DNA of 64,000 nt from Candidatus Latescibacterota bacterium (GTDB taxonomy: Bacteria; Latescibacterota; UBA2968; UBA8231). The notes beneath the pieces are model-generated. The model searched no databases. It saw nothing but the letters and a program-made list of their open reading frames with translations, and was not told the DNA's origin. The translations under genes were made by a program, and so were the position numbers. The stretch is from contig OZ242214.1 of NCBI GenBank assembly GCA_965206595.1, positions 5,088,001 through 5,152,000 on the forward strand. The letters are read 5' to 3'. Positions 40,627 to 51,062 of this stretch are shown in pieces (the first letter of the stretch is position 1; every line of letters begins with the position of its first letter).

Positions 40627-42934
40627 ATGACAACTCGGGCGATGACTCCTTCCTCGTTGGAACGCTACGTCACTGCCATTCTCCGCCTTCGGTGGCCGAT
40701 CGTTCTGCTCGCAACGCTGGTCATGCTGGTAACGGCAGCCGGTGTTCCCTTCCTCACCGTTTCGAACGACTATCGCATTCTGTTCAGCGAAGACAATCCG
40801 CAACTCGCCGCTTTCAACGCCTTGGAGAACACCTACTCGGCCTCCAACAGTGCGTTGATCGCCGTTGCGCCGGACGGGGGGCTCGGTCTTCACCCGCGAG
40901 GCGCTTGGCGCGATTGAACAGCTGACCGAAGGTGCGTGGCGCGCGCCCTATTCCAGTCGCGTCAACTCCCTTACGAACTATACCCACAGCGAAGCCTTCG
41001 AAGATGAACTCGTTGTGGCCCCGCTCGTGGAGGACGCCCATTCACTGAGCGATTCCGACGAAGCCCGAATTGAGAGGGTCGCCCTCGGGGCCCCCGAAAT
41101 TTCCGGACGCCTGGTCTCCCATGACGGAGGCACAGCCGGAGTGGCGATCAACTTCATCCTGCCGGAAAACCCGGATCAGGCAGTGGTCGAAATCACCGAT
41201 TATCTCGATTCGCTCCTGTCCGATGCCCGCACCAACCACCCGGACATCGATTATTTCATGACCGGCGATGTGGTCATGAACCGCACGTTCTCCGATGCCA
41301 CGCAAGACGACATGCAGACCCTCACTCCTGTCGTTTTCCTCATCATCGTAGGCGCGACAATCATTCTCCTGCGCTCGGTTCTCGCAACCGTGGCCATCGT
41401 CGCCGTGCTCCTGTTTGTCATCAACACCACCATGGGGTTCGCCGGCTGGAACGGCGTGGTGTTCAGCCCCACCAACGCGGGGGTGCCGATCATTGTCATG
41501 GTCATAGCCATCGCGGATTCAATCCACATCGTCACGAGTGTCCTGCTATGTATAAGGCGCGGTATGGACAGAAAAACGGCGATAGTGGAGTCGGTTCGTA
41601 TCAATGCCTATCCGGTATTTCTAACCTCGGTCACGACGGCGATTGGATTCCTCACGCTCAACGTCTCGGACTCTCCGCCATTTCACGTCTTGGGGAATTA
41701 CGTGGCGTTCGGTGTGTTATCCGCCTTCGCCTACACCATGACGTTCCTGCCCGCATTGCTCTCGATTCTGCCATTGCGCGCTTCCCATGCCCCGTCCGAA
41801 AAGACTGCTTTCTTCGACCGCTTCGCGGACTTTGTCATTGCCCGAAATAGATTCCTGCTTGGCTCCGTCACCTTGGTGGTGGTGGTCCTGATATTCGGGA
41901 TTCCGCGTATCGAGCTGAGCGACAACATGGCGCAGTACTTCGATGAACGTTACCAGTTCCGGCGCGATACGGACTTTGTCATTGAAAACCTTACCGGCCT
42001 GGACAAACTGGATTATTCACTGAACTCGGGCCGCGAAGGGGGCATCACCGATCCGGAGTATCTGCGCAAGGTTGGGGCTTTCGCCGAATGGTACCGGAAG
42101 CAACCGGAAGTGACCCACGTCCAGGCATTTTCCGACATCATGAAACGTCTCAACAAGAACATGCACGAGGACGATCCGGCTTTCTACCGCCTGCCTGAAG
42201 ACCCGAATCTCGCAGCGCAGTACCTGTTGCTTTACGAACTTTCCCTTCCCTTCGGCAGCGACCTCAACGACCGCATCGACGTCGCAAAATCCGCCACACG
42301 CCTGGTCGTCGTTACCAGGAATGCCTGGTCTCGAGATATACGGGAACTCGACAAGCGAGCCCAGGAATGGCTCCAGGGAAATATCCCTGCCTTTGCCCAC
42401 GAAGCATCCGGGCTCAGTGTCGTTTTCGCCCACCTGTCACTGCGGAACATCAACAGCATGTTGCGTGGCACGATCGTGGCCATGGCCCTCATTTCGGTTA
42501 TCCTGATTTGGGTATTCAAAAGCGTTCGGATCGGGCTCCTCAGTCTGCTTCCGAATTTCATCCCTGCCATCATGAGCTTCGGCCTGTGGGGTTATATCGT
42601 AGGCCATGTCGGTATCGCCTCTTCCGTGGTCATCGCCGTTGTATTCGGAATAGTCGTTGACGACACCATTCACTTCCTGAGCAAATATCTGAAGGCCCGC
42701 AGTGAGGGCCATTCAGCGCAGGAATCCGTGCGCTCCGCCTTCCACACCGTGGGACATGCTTTATGGACGACGACCGCGGTCTTGTCGGCGGGCTTTCTGG
42801 TGTTCGCCACATCGGGATTCGAGGTCAGTTGGGCACTCGGTCTTCTGGTCACGACCACCATCGTCTTCGCGCTTGCAGCGGACTTTCTGCTCCTTCCGAC
42901 TCTGCTGATAGCCATCGACCGGAGAAACCCATGA
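40627..42934 (+). pseudogene. MMPL/RND-superfamily lipid exporter, one frameshift
   Basis: Two RND halves with IAIADSIH and GIVVDDTIH TM motifs; N-terminal TM in ORF 40627-40917 joins the main frame at the G6 run 40876-40881. Confidence 0.85.
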
Positions 42935-43749
42935 ACTGCGCATGTTTCCCGGCGCTTCCGCTTTTCGCGTCTTGCCTGGTCATTCTGACTTCTCTTTGCG
43001 CGCCGGCACCCGCTCGTTCCGAAAGCTCCACTCCCGAGGAAACCGGGCTGCAAATCGCTCGCGATTCCCGCGCCCGCGAGGAAGGCTTCGGGAACTTTGC
43101 CGCCCGTCAAACCATGGTGCTGCGCAACAAGCACGGACAGGAGAGCCGCCGTCAAATCCGGGTAAAGGTTCTCGAAGTCCCAGAAGACGGCGACAAGAGT
43201 TTGTTTGTGTTCGACGAGCCGCGCGATGTCCAGGGAACGGCGTTGCTCATTCACGCGCACCGCGAAAGCGCGGACGATCAATGGCTTTATCTGCCCGCCC
43301 TGGAACGAGTCAAGCGCATCAGTTCGTCGAACCGGTCCGGCTCCTTCATGGGGAGCGAATTCGCCTATGAAGACCTGACCGCCCAGACCGTGGAAAAATT
43401 CACCTACCGCTACCTGCGCGACGAGCCTTGCGGCGATTTGACATGCACGGTCTCCGAACGCTTCCCCGTGGACAAGAAGTCCGGCTACAAACGCCAGGTG
43501 GTCTGGCGCGACAAGGACGAGCTACGCGTCCGGAAGGTCGAGTACTACGACCGCAAGAATGCCCATCTGAAAACCCTCACCCTGGGGAACTACGAGCAGT
43601 ACCTGGACCGTTACTGGCGCGCCGGCGAGATGACGATGGAGAACCTTCTGACCGGCAAGAGTACCGTGCTGACCTGGACGGACTGCCAGTTCCGGACCGA
43701 CCTCGACGACCGCGACTTCACACGGACGGGGCTGAGACGGGCCCGTTGA
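42931..43749 (+). CDS. Outer membrane lipoprotein-sorting (LolA-like) protein
   Basis: FDEPRDVQGTALL, DDQWLYLPAL.RVKRI, SFMGSEFAYEDL; ATGA overlap with the MMPL stop. Confidence 0.9.
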   Translation: MNCACFPALPLFASCLVILTSLCAPAPARSESSTPEETGLQIARDSRAREEGFGNFAARQTMVLRNKHGQESRRQIRVKVLEVPEDGDKSLFVFDEPRDVQGTALLIHAHRESADDQWLYLPALERVKRISSSNRSGSFMGSEFAYEDLTAQTVEKFTYRYLRDEPCGDLTCTVSERFPVDKKSGYKRQVVWRDKDELRVRKVEYYDRKNAHLKTLTLGNYEQYLDRYWRAGEMTMENLLTGKSTVLTWTDCQFRTDLDDRDFTRTGLRRAR

Positions 43750-45008
43750 TGCTGCTTTGGGCCGATCTGTTCCGCGTCGCTGCGGGCGCGGTCTCGATTC
43801 TGGCACTGGTCCTGACCACCGTTGCACACGCCGGAATCGGAATAGATCACCACCGGTTTTCCGGACGATCCAGCATCGAAACCCGATGGTTTCCCGAAAG
43901 GGCTGCTCATGTCGGCCAAGGCGGGCATGCCAGCGGATTTGTAGCGGCGCCAAAGTTTTACCTTGAGGACGCCGACGCCCGAAGCCTTACCCTGGCCCCG
44001 TTCTTTCGCTACGACAACTCGGACTTTCGCCGCACTCATGCCGATTTGCGCGAAGCCTACCTGCTGCTGTTCGGAGAATTCAGCGTTTGCGAATGGGAGC
44101 TGCGGGTGGGCGTAGGACAGGTTTTCTGGGGCGTCACCGAATCGCAGCACCTGGTCGACATCGTCAACCAGATCGACTTCGTCGAACACCCGAACGGAGA
44201 GGCCAAGCTGGGGCAACCCATGATCCATCTCACCTGGTCCGGTGAGTGGGGCGTAATGGAAATACTTGGTCTGCCCTATCACCGCGCACGCACCTTTCCG
44301 GGCCGGTCGGGCCGCCTGCGCCTTCCGCTCGTGGTTTCAGACGAGGATGTCGAGTACGAGAGCGAGGCTGAGGAACGGCACCTGGATCTCGCCGCTCGGT
44401 ACAGTCACAGCTTCGGACTCCTCGACATGGGTGCGAGTTTTTTCAACGGCACGAGCCGGGAGCCGTCTCTGCGGCCGGGCGCACCGGCCTTGGTTCAGCA
44501 CTACGCGCAAATTCGCCAGTTTGGACTGGACGCCCAGCTGACTGTCGGCTCCTGGTTGTTCAAGCTGGAGGGTATTCAACGCGCCGGTGCTATCAACCTG
44601 TCCGGCGAGGAAGAGGATTACGCTGCTGCCGTTCTTGGCGGGGAATACACCTTCTACTCAGCACTGGGCTCGGCCGCCGATCTCAGCCTGCTCGGGGAAT
44701 GGAATCACGATGGACGCGGCCCCAACGCTACCCCGAGCCGCTCACCCAATACGCTCGAGAACGATCTTTTCTTCGCCTCCCGGATTGCGCTCAACGATGT
44801 TCAGGGAACCGAAATTGTGGCCAGTATTCTGGGGGATGTGGACCGTGCCACGCGCGCAATGGCCGTGAAATTTGACCGTCGTTTGTCGGACCGGTGGTCT
44901 CTGCTACTGGAGACCATTTATATCCTCGGCACCGACAAGAAAGATCTCTTCAACTACTGGACAAGACGCGACAGCTTCGCCGACCTTGGGCTGACGTATA
45001 ATTTCTAG
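43749..45008 (+). CDS. Putative outer-membrane beta-barrel protein
   Basis: Signal peptide, DLREAY, FWGVTES.HLVD..NQ, terminal LTYNF beta-signal; TGATG overlap. Confidence 0.75.
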   Translation: MLLWADLFRVAAGAVSILALVLTTVAHAGIGIDHHRFSGRSSIETRWFPERAAHVGQGGHASGFVAAPKFYLEDADARSLTLAPFFRYDNSDFRRTHADLREAYLLLFGEFSVCEWELRVGVGQVFWGVTESQHLVDIVNQIDFVEHPNGEAKLGQPMIHLTWSGEWGVMEILGLPYHRARTFPGRSGRLRLPLVVSDEDVEYESEAEERHLDLAARYSHSFGLLDMGASFFNGTSREPSLRPGAPALVQHYAQIRQFGLDAQLTVGSWLFKLEGIQRAGAINLSGEEEDYAAAVLGGEYTFYSALGSAADLSLLGEWNHDGRGPNATPSRSPNTLENDLFFASRIALNDVQGTEIVASILGDVDRATRAMAVKFDRRLSDRWSLLLETIYILGTDKKDLFNYWTRRDSFADLGLTYNF

Positions 45009-45029
45009 CCGCCCGAAATCCAATCCCGA

Positions 45030-45983
45030 CTAGCCGGGGACGGAGGCCTTTTCGAGGCCGACCGGAAGGCTGAAACGCACGTTCTCGGCAATACCGTCCA
45101 TGGTCGAGATTTCCAAGTCGGCGTACTCCCCCAGCTGCTCGATCAGCTCGTGCACCAGTTCCTCGGGGGTCGAGGCCCCGGCGGTTATGCCGATACATTC
45201 CTTCCCCTGCAGCCATTCCGGATCGATCTTCGATGGATCCTCTATCAGGTAGCTCGGCACACCGCTGTCATTGCTGACTTCGCACAAGCGGTTCGAGTTG
45301 GAGCTGTTTTGCGCCCCCACCACCAGCACCAAGTCCACCTCTTCGGCGAGGGCTCGCACCGCGGCCTGCCGGTTCTGGGTCGCGTAGCAGATATCCTTTA
45401 CGTCAGGTCCGACGATATTGGGGAACCGCCGCCTCAGGGCTGAGATCACTTCCCGGGTATCGTCGACGGACAAGGTGGTCTGGGTGATGTAGGCGACCTT
45501 CTCCGGATCGCGCACCTCCAGAGTTTCCACCCCTTCCACATCGCTGACCAGAAGCACCGGTCCCGGTATCTGTCCCATGGTGCCCTCCACCTCGGGATGG
45601 CCCTCGTGACCTATAAGGATGATGTCGTATCCATTGCCAGCGTAGCGGCGTCCCTCCTTATGCACCTTGGAGACCAGGGGGCAGGTGGCATCGAGCGGCC
45701 GGAGACCGCGCACCGATGCATCCTCCTCGACCTTTTCCGATACACCGTGAGCGCTGAACACGGTGATTGCTCCATTGGGTATCTGATCTATCTGTTCAAC
45801 GAATCGCACCCCCTTGGCCTTGAGGTTTTCCACCACGCGCGGATTATGGACGATTTCATGTCGCACAAAAATCGGAGGGCCGTATTGTTCCAGAGCCGCT
45901 TCAACGATCTCGATCGCGCGCTCGACTCCGGCACAAAATCCGCGCGGTTGGGCTAATATGACTCGCATCTTTCTCTCTTTCAT
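45030..45983 (-). CDS. ispH: 4-hydroxy-3-methylbut-2-enyl diphosphate reductase
   Basis: [44 protein letters not shown]. Confidence 0.97.
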   Translation of the reverse strand: MKERKMRVILAQPRGFCAGVERAIEIVEAALEQYGPPIFVRHEIVHNPRVVENLKAKGVRFVEQIDQIPNGAITVFSAHGVSEKVEEDASVRGLRPLDATCPLVSKVHKEGRRYAGNGYDIILIGHEGHPEVEGTMGQIPGPVLLVSDVEGVETLEVRDPEKVAYITQTTLSVDDTREVISALRRRFPNIVGPDVKDICYATQNRQAAVRALAEEVDLVLVVGAQNSSNSNRLCEVSNDSGVPSYLIEDPSKIDPEWLQGKECIGITAGASTPEELVHELIEQLGEYADLEISTMDGIAENVRFSLPVGLEKASVPG

Positions 45984-47119
45984 GGATGGCCCGGTACACT
46001 CTTCAAACTTCTGCCTTCAGGGCTGCTGCCTTCGCGGGAATCGGGATAAGGTAAGGACTTTCCCACGACCTGCATTTCCACGCCGGTGCGAGGCAGGCCT
46101 CGAGTCAGCACCTTGAAGAAGAGCTTCAGGGCGAGGTTCGAGCGCGCCAGGCTGCTGGTGACAACGGTGACCGCCCACACGCTCCGCCGTGAAATTTTAA
46201 CTTCCCGCCCATCCCTGAACGTCGGTTTCGAGTGAATCCGGCGCAGGGTAAGCACGGCCATCCCCAATGCCCAAAGGCAATGGCGGCGGATGCCTGTTTC
46301 GTGGTTCGGAATGATCAGAATGAACCGCAACGCGTTCGCAAGGTGGAGGCGGGCGATCGCCACCAGTTCGAACAGTCCTTCGATGAAGCCGGGGTCTTTT
46401 TGTCTCGCCGGCAGGGTACTCAAGTCGCAACCTGCCTCGAGGAAGATGTCGCGCGGCAGCCAGCACGCACCCCGGCGGCGGTCGTCCCATACATCCTTGA
46501 GGATGTTGGTCATCTGCAGTCCCTGCCCGAAGGAAACCGAAAGGGCGAGCAGCTCTTGGCGATGTTCCGCGATCTCTTCGGAGTATTCGCAGAACAGTTC
46601 GGTAAGCATCTCGCCGACCACACCGGCGACGTGATAACAGTAACGGTCGAGGTGTGGAAGATCATCCAGGCCATCGGGCGTCGCGTTCAGTTGAAACTCG
46701 GCCATTCCACGCGACATGATCGTCACGCAGCGTTCCAACGCGCTTCGCTGGGCAGGACCAAAAAAGTGGGCGATGCGGATGACCCGGGCGGAGTTGGCGA
46801 TCAGGTCATGTTCGCTTTCAGTAGTCGAGGAAGACAGCAAGGCGCCGAGCTCGCTCGCGAAAGGCTCCGGTTCTTCCCGGCCGGCAACGACCTCGACGAA
46901 ACGTTCGGAGAACGCCTGCTTCTGTATGGGGGACAGCACCGGCTCGTCCTCGATGGTGTCCGTGATTCGGCACAGCAGGTAGGCATTGCCTACCACGTCG
47001 CGCAGCGAGCCGGGAAGCTGTGGAATGGTGAGGGCAAAAGTCCGGGACACCCCTTGCAGGATGTCCGTCTGGTAAACGATATCGCTGTTCCTCATCTCCT
47101 TTGAGAGGGACGCCGTCAT
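45980..47119 (-). CDS. Squalene synthase (single-enzyme, FDFT1-type)
   Basis: Flap [35 protein letters not shown]. Confidence 0.85.
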   Translation of the reverse strand: MTASLSKEMRNSDIVYQTDILQGVSRTFALTIPQLPGSLRDVVGNAYLLCRITDTIEDEPVLSPIQKQAFSERFVEVVAGREEPEPFASELGALLSSSTTESEHDLIANSARVIRIAHFFGPAQRSALERCVTIMSRGMAEFQLNATPDGLDDLPHLDRYCYHVAGVVGEMLTELFCEYSEEIAEHRQELLALSVSFGQGLQMTNILKDVWDDRRRGACWLPRDIFLEAGCDLSTLPARQKDPGFIEGLFELVAIARLHLANALRFILIIPNHETGIRRHCLWALGMAVLTLRRIHSKPTFRDGREVKISRRSVWAVTVVTSSLARSNLALKLFFKVLTRGLPRTGVEMQVVGKSLPYPDSREGSSPEGRSLKSVPGHP

Positions 47120-47205
47120 CTCGGTTCTAGTCCCGTTTTCTGGTCAGTTCGCGCTCTGTGGAAATTTCTATTGTTCTGCGGACCGCGACCACTTTTTCGT
47201 AGGTG

Positions 47206-47772
47206 TCAGCCCTTTGCCACCGCCGGAATACCATACCGGTGAAGGGTGCTCTCCAGAGTCGGTCTTCCCAGGCGAATCCGTCGATCGTTCAGCAGATAGG
47301 AGAACAGGTACCCGGCGCCGAGCATGAGGATATCGATGAGGAAACAGTACATGACGGCCCTGTCTGGATACACGTCCTTCAAATACCCTACATACAATGG
47401 CCCGAAAATCCCGGCGGCCGCCCACGCCGTCAGGACGGCGCCGTAGATCGTCGACATCTTCTTTGTACCGAACACATCGAGAACGAAGGGAGGCATGGTG
47501 GCGAATCCGCCGCCGAAACAGAGCAGGACGTAGCAGACCAGGACCGAGAAAATCCAAGGGTTGGTTTCCGTCATGAGAATCCCGAAGACGACCATCTGGC
47601 TGGCCAGAAGTATCCTGAAAACCGTAACCCGGCCGAAGCGGTCGGAAAGCAATCCCCAGAAGAGACGCCCCAGGCCGTTGCAAATCGAGCTTACGGCAAT
47701 GAGCGTCGCGCCGTACTCGGCAAGCATCGTCGGCTCGATCGAGGTATCCGCCAATCCCCAGATCTCCTGGAG
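47206..47772 (-). pseudogene. Oxalate:formate antiporter (OFA) family MFS, C-terminal remnant
   Basis: NGLGRLFWGLLSDRFGR, FGGGFATMP, FGTK..IYG..LTAW.AAG. Confidence 0.8.
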
Positions 47773-47773
47773 C

Positions 47774-47908
47774 GTGACGCCGGTCGCAACGGTGGCAAAG
47801 TGGTTTCCCGACCGCAAGGGACTTGCCACCGGCATCGTGGTGATGGGCTTCGGGGTCGGCGCCTTTCTTCTCAGCAAGGGCCTGGCCCCGTTTTTGCTCA
47901 CGAAGTTT
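47774..47908 (+). pseudogene. Inverted internal fragment of an OFA transporter gene
   Basis: VTPVATVAKWFPDRKGLATGIVVMGFGVG, the OFA N-half signature, on the opposite strand abutting the C-terminal remnant. Confidence 0.8.
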
Positions 47909-47965
47909 CATTCCGTTTCCTCGCTTCCGGGAAACCCGGTATCCTGAAATCCTCCAGGGCCTCGG

Positions 47966-48424
47966 TCAGTGTAGATTCTGACGGATGAAATGCACGACTT
48001 CGGGAATGTGCTCGGTGGGGTCAACATCGCGCATGATCGCCGCCAGATTGCCGCCCGCGTCAATGACGAACGTCGAGCGCTGAAAACCCTTCCCGTCTTC
48101 GCCGCAAACCCCGTACGTGGCACAGACGGAGCCGTCCGTGTCCGACAGCAGGGGGGCGCTCAAATCATATTTTTGGATAAAGGCCTTGTGGCTGGTCAGG
48201 TCGTCTCGACTGATGCCGACCAGAACCGTTTCGAGGGCGTCGAACTCCGGTTTCGCATCACGGAAACCGATTGCTTCCCGCGTTCACCCGGGGGTATCGT
48301 CTTTGGGATAGAAGAACAGCACGACCTTGCGACCGCGGAGCTTGGTGAGGCTGAGGGTACCGCCGGTGCTGGCGGGCAACTCGAATTCCGGGGCCGGGTT
48401 TCCCGTCCGGACTTTAGCCGACAT
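47966..48424 (-). CDS. bcp: Selenocysteine-containing peroxiredoxin (Bcp/PrxQ), U47
   Basis: aggagg RBS; ...FYPKDDTPG-TGA-TREAIGFRD...RSTFVID...; both partial ORFs share a frame; the UGA at 48286-48284 is at the peroxidatic Cys. Confidence 0.9.
48248..48269 (-). promoter_or_regulatory. Putative bacterial SECIS hairpin
   Basis: On the coding strand cggtttc-cgtgatgc-gaaaccg, a 7-bp perfect stem starting 14 nt after the UGA with G in the apical loop. Confidence 0.7.
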
Positions 48425-48541
48425 TGCTAACCTCCTTTCCGAAGCCGACAATATAGGACACCCAACATAGCCTCCCAATGCGGTACCGGATGCAACGGCA
48501 GCCAACACCGCATGGAGACCAACCCCTGTGAGCGACGACCA

Positions 48542-49318
48542 ATGAGACTCACTTCCGAGCAGGTTTCCCGGTTCGAAGAGGACGGTGTTCTTGTTGTGGA
48601 AGATATGATATCTGCCGAAGAGGTGACCGAACTGCGACAGAGAACAAAGGAGATCGCCTGTGGGCGCGTGGACTTTCCCCTCGACAAGATCGAGTTCGAG
48701 CCGGGGGCCGAAAAATTGGGGCGCGAAATACGCAACCTGCGCAAGATCAACCACCCTTCCGGCAGCGACGGCTTTTTCCTCGACCACGCCCGCAAACCCG
48801 CCCTGCTGACGGCGGTAACATCCCTGCTGGGACCCGACATCAAGCTGTATGGCGATCAGCTGTTCGTGAAACCGCCAGGCGGGATCGAAAAGACCTACCA
48901 TCAGGATTCACCCTACTTCAAAATCGAGCCGATGGCCCTGGTTACCGCCTGGATTGCCCTCGACGACGTCACCCTCGACAACGGCTGCATGTGGGTGATA
49001 CCCGGCAGCCAGCGGAACGGGGCGCTCGATCACAGCGAGCCCTGGAGGGTGGGGGACCGCCTCGACATGCGAATTCCAGACAGCGCCATCGCCAAAACGG
49101 CAGCTGTGAACGGCGAGCGGCCGATCACCATGCGGGCGGGTGGCTGCTCCTTCCACCACTCCCTCATCCTGCATCGCTCCGGGCCCAACAGGACACCGCA
49201 TTTCCGCCGCGGCATGGCCACCCACTACATGACCGCCCGGTCGCGGTGGACGGGGGTGCCGGAGGACAAGCCTGACTACCCGCTGCTGATGGGCAGAGAG
49301 TACCCCGGCTGCGTGTAA
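48542..49318 (+). CDS. PhyH family dioxygenase
   Basis: YHQD, WIALDD..LDNGC..IPGS, LHRS..N...RR. Confidence 0.92.
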   Translation: MRLTSEQVSRFEEDGVLVVEDMISAEEVTELRQRTKEIACGRVDFPLDKIEFEPGAEKLGREIRNLRKINHPSGSDGFFLDHARKPALLTAVTSLLGPDIKLYGDQLFVKPPGGIEKTYHQDSPYFKIEPMALVTAWIALDDVTLDNGCMWVIPGSQRNGALDHSEPWRVGDRLDMRIPDSAIAKTAAVNGERPITMRAGGCSFHHSLILHRSGPNRTPHFRRGMATHYMTARSRWTGVPEDKPDYPLLMGREYPGCV

Positions 49319-49322
49319 TTCG

Positions 49323-50135
49323 GTGCTTGACGAGATGCCGAGCCATCTGAACACCGAACCGGCTCGATTCGGCGAACTAGGATACTGTCTGTTTCGCGAC
49401 ATCCTGACCGCGGAAGAAACCCTGCGCCTGCGCGCCATGCTCGACGAGGCCCTGGGGGATCCGCTGCCGCAACCTCCCGGCCGCGACAGCGCTATGGACC
49501 GGGACAACTACGTGGGCGAGCCCCACGTCCGGGACCTGCGCTGGCTCGACCTCTGCCGTCACTCCCGCGTCCTCGACGCCATCGAGTCGATCCTGGGACC
49601 CAACCTCATCCTTGTCTATTCCAGCGTCTTCATCAAGCTGCCCGCCTCCCCGGTGGAAGTGAGTTGGCACCAGGACAACACCTACTGGCCCAGCGTTCAC
49701 GGCACCGACGTCATCACCTTGTGGCTGGCCGTCGACGACGCCGACGCCGCCAACAGTGCCATGAAGGCGATCCCCGGCTCCCACCGCGGGTGGAAGGAGC
49801 TGGAGACGGTGGACTCTGGCGCCAACCAGATGCTGCGCAGGCGCGTGCCGGTGACGCCGCAACAGGAGGAGTCGGCGGTGACGCTCGAGATGAGCGCGGG
49901 CAGCTTGTCGATTCACGATTCCTTCCTTCTCCACGGCAGCGATGCAAACCGAAGCCGGCGGCGGCGGGCAGGGTATACGATCCGCTATTGCAGCACCGAC
50001 ACTGCCTGGGTCGATCTGGACAACCACCCTCATCCGGTATTCCTGGTGCGGGGTCAGGCCGGCCCTAGGGGAGATCGCTATACTTGCCTGCTTCCCGCCG
50101 TAGAGACGACCAGGGAGCTGCTGCGGAAATCGTGA
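49323..50135 (+). CDS. PhyH family dioxygenase
   Basis: WHQD, WLAVDDA, IPGSH, LHGSDAN..RR. Confidence 0.92.
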   Translation: MLDEMPSHLNTEPARFGELGYCLFRDILTAEETLRLRAMLDEALGDPLPQPPGRDSAMDRDNYVGEPHVRDLRWLDLCRHSRVLDAIESILGPNLILVYSSVFIKLPASPVEVSWHQDNTYWPSVHGTDVITLWLAVDDADAANSAMKAIPGSHRGWKELETVDSGANQMLRRRVPVTPQQEESAVTLEMSAGSLSIHDSFLLHGSDANRSRRRRAGYTIRYCSTDTAWVDLDNHPHPVFLVRGQAGPRGDRYTCLLPAVETTRELLRKS

Positions 50136-50179
50136 GCGCCGACGCGGCATCCGGGTACCGATCACTGCGACGTAGAAGC

Positions 50180-50332
50180 GGTACCGGGGGTCTTCCCCGC
50201 CTGTCGATGCCGGACGTGAATACCCCCCTGCCCGGAGGCATCGGCTACCACGTCCGCGAAGGCAAACACGACATCCGGCGATACGACTGGGAGCAGTACC
50301 TCGACTTCGCCGACCGGCACCTGGAGCGCTGA
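50180..50332 (+). pseudogene. C-terminal remnant of a CE15-like (glucuronoyl/acetylxylan esterase) gene
   Basis: GIGYHVREGKHDIRRYDWEQYLDFADRH resembles the C-terminus of these esterases; no N-terminal part is present. Confidence 0.65.
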
Positions 50333-50335
50333 CCG

Positions 50336-51049
50336 ATGCTGCTTCCCGATGTCAAGGCCCTGACCTTCGACGTCTTCGGTACTGTCGTCGACTGGCGGAC
50401 CAGCATTATCCGCGAAGGCCAACAGCTGATCAGGGAAAAGGGGATCGACGTCGACTGGGCGGCGTTCGCCGACGCCTGGAGGGGCGGGTACGAGCCGGCG
50501 ATGGACCGGGTGCGGCGCGGTCAGCTGCCTTGGACGAAGATCGACGCTCTGCACCGGTTGGTCCTAGACCGTCTGCTAGGAGAGTTCGGCATCCGGGGGT
50601 TGTCGGAAAGGGAAGTCGACCACCTGAACCGGGTGTGGCACCGGCTGGCCCCGTGGCCGGACGCGGTCGCAGGCCTGCAGCGCCTGCGCTCCCGGTACGT
50701 GGTCGCCGCCCTTTCGAACGGCAACGTCGCCCTGCTGGTCAACATGGCCAGGCATGCGCACCTGCCCTGGGACTGCATTCTGTCGGCGGAAAACGCACGG
50801 CACTACAAGCCCGATCCGGAGGTGTATGAAACCGCCGCGGAACTGCTCGATCTGCCTCCGCACCAGATCCTGATGGTCGCCGCTCACATTCACGACCTCG
50901 ACGGCGCACGCGCCGTCGGCTACCGCACCGCCTTGGTGCCCCGGCTCCTGGAGTACGGCCCCAACGGAAACCCCGACCGGGAAGCGGAACGGCCATCCGA
51001 CGTCACCGCGGCCGACTTTGCCGAGCTGGCGCAGCTTCTCGGCTGTTGA
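50336..51049 (+). CDS. Haloacid dehalogenase type II
   Basis: FDVFGTVVDW, LSNGN, YKP.PEVY, MVAAH..DL. Confidence 0.92.
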   Translation: MLLPDVKALTFDVFGTVVDWRTSIIREGQQLIREKGIDVDWAAFADAWRGGYEPAMDRVRRGQLPWTKIDALHRLVLDRLLGEFGIRGLSEREVDHLNRVWHRLAPWPDAVAGLQRLRSRYVVAALSNGNVALLVNMARHAHLPWDCILSAENARHYKPDPEVYETAAELLDLPPHQILMVAAHIHDLDGARAVGYRTALVPRLLEYGPNGNPDREAERPSDVTAADFAELAQLLGC

Positions 51050-51062
51050 AACTCGCCGTGGA

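Noticed and set aside
48284-48901. 205-aa ORF as a standalone gene
   Set aside because: The upstream part is antisense to PhyH; only the last 46 codons are real and belong to the Sec peroxiredoxin.
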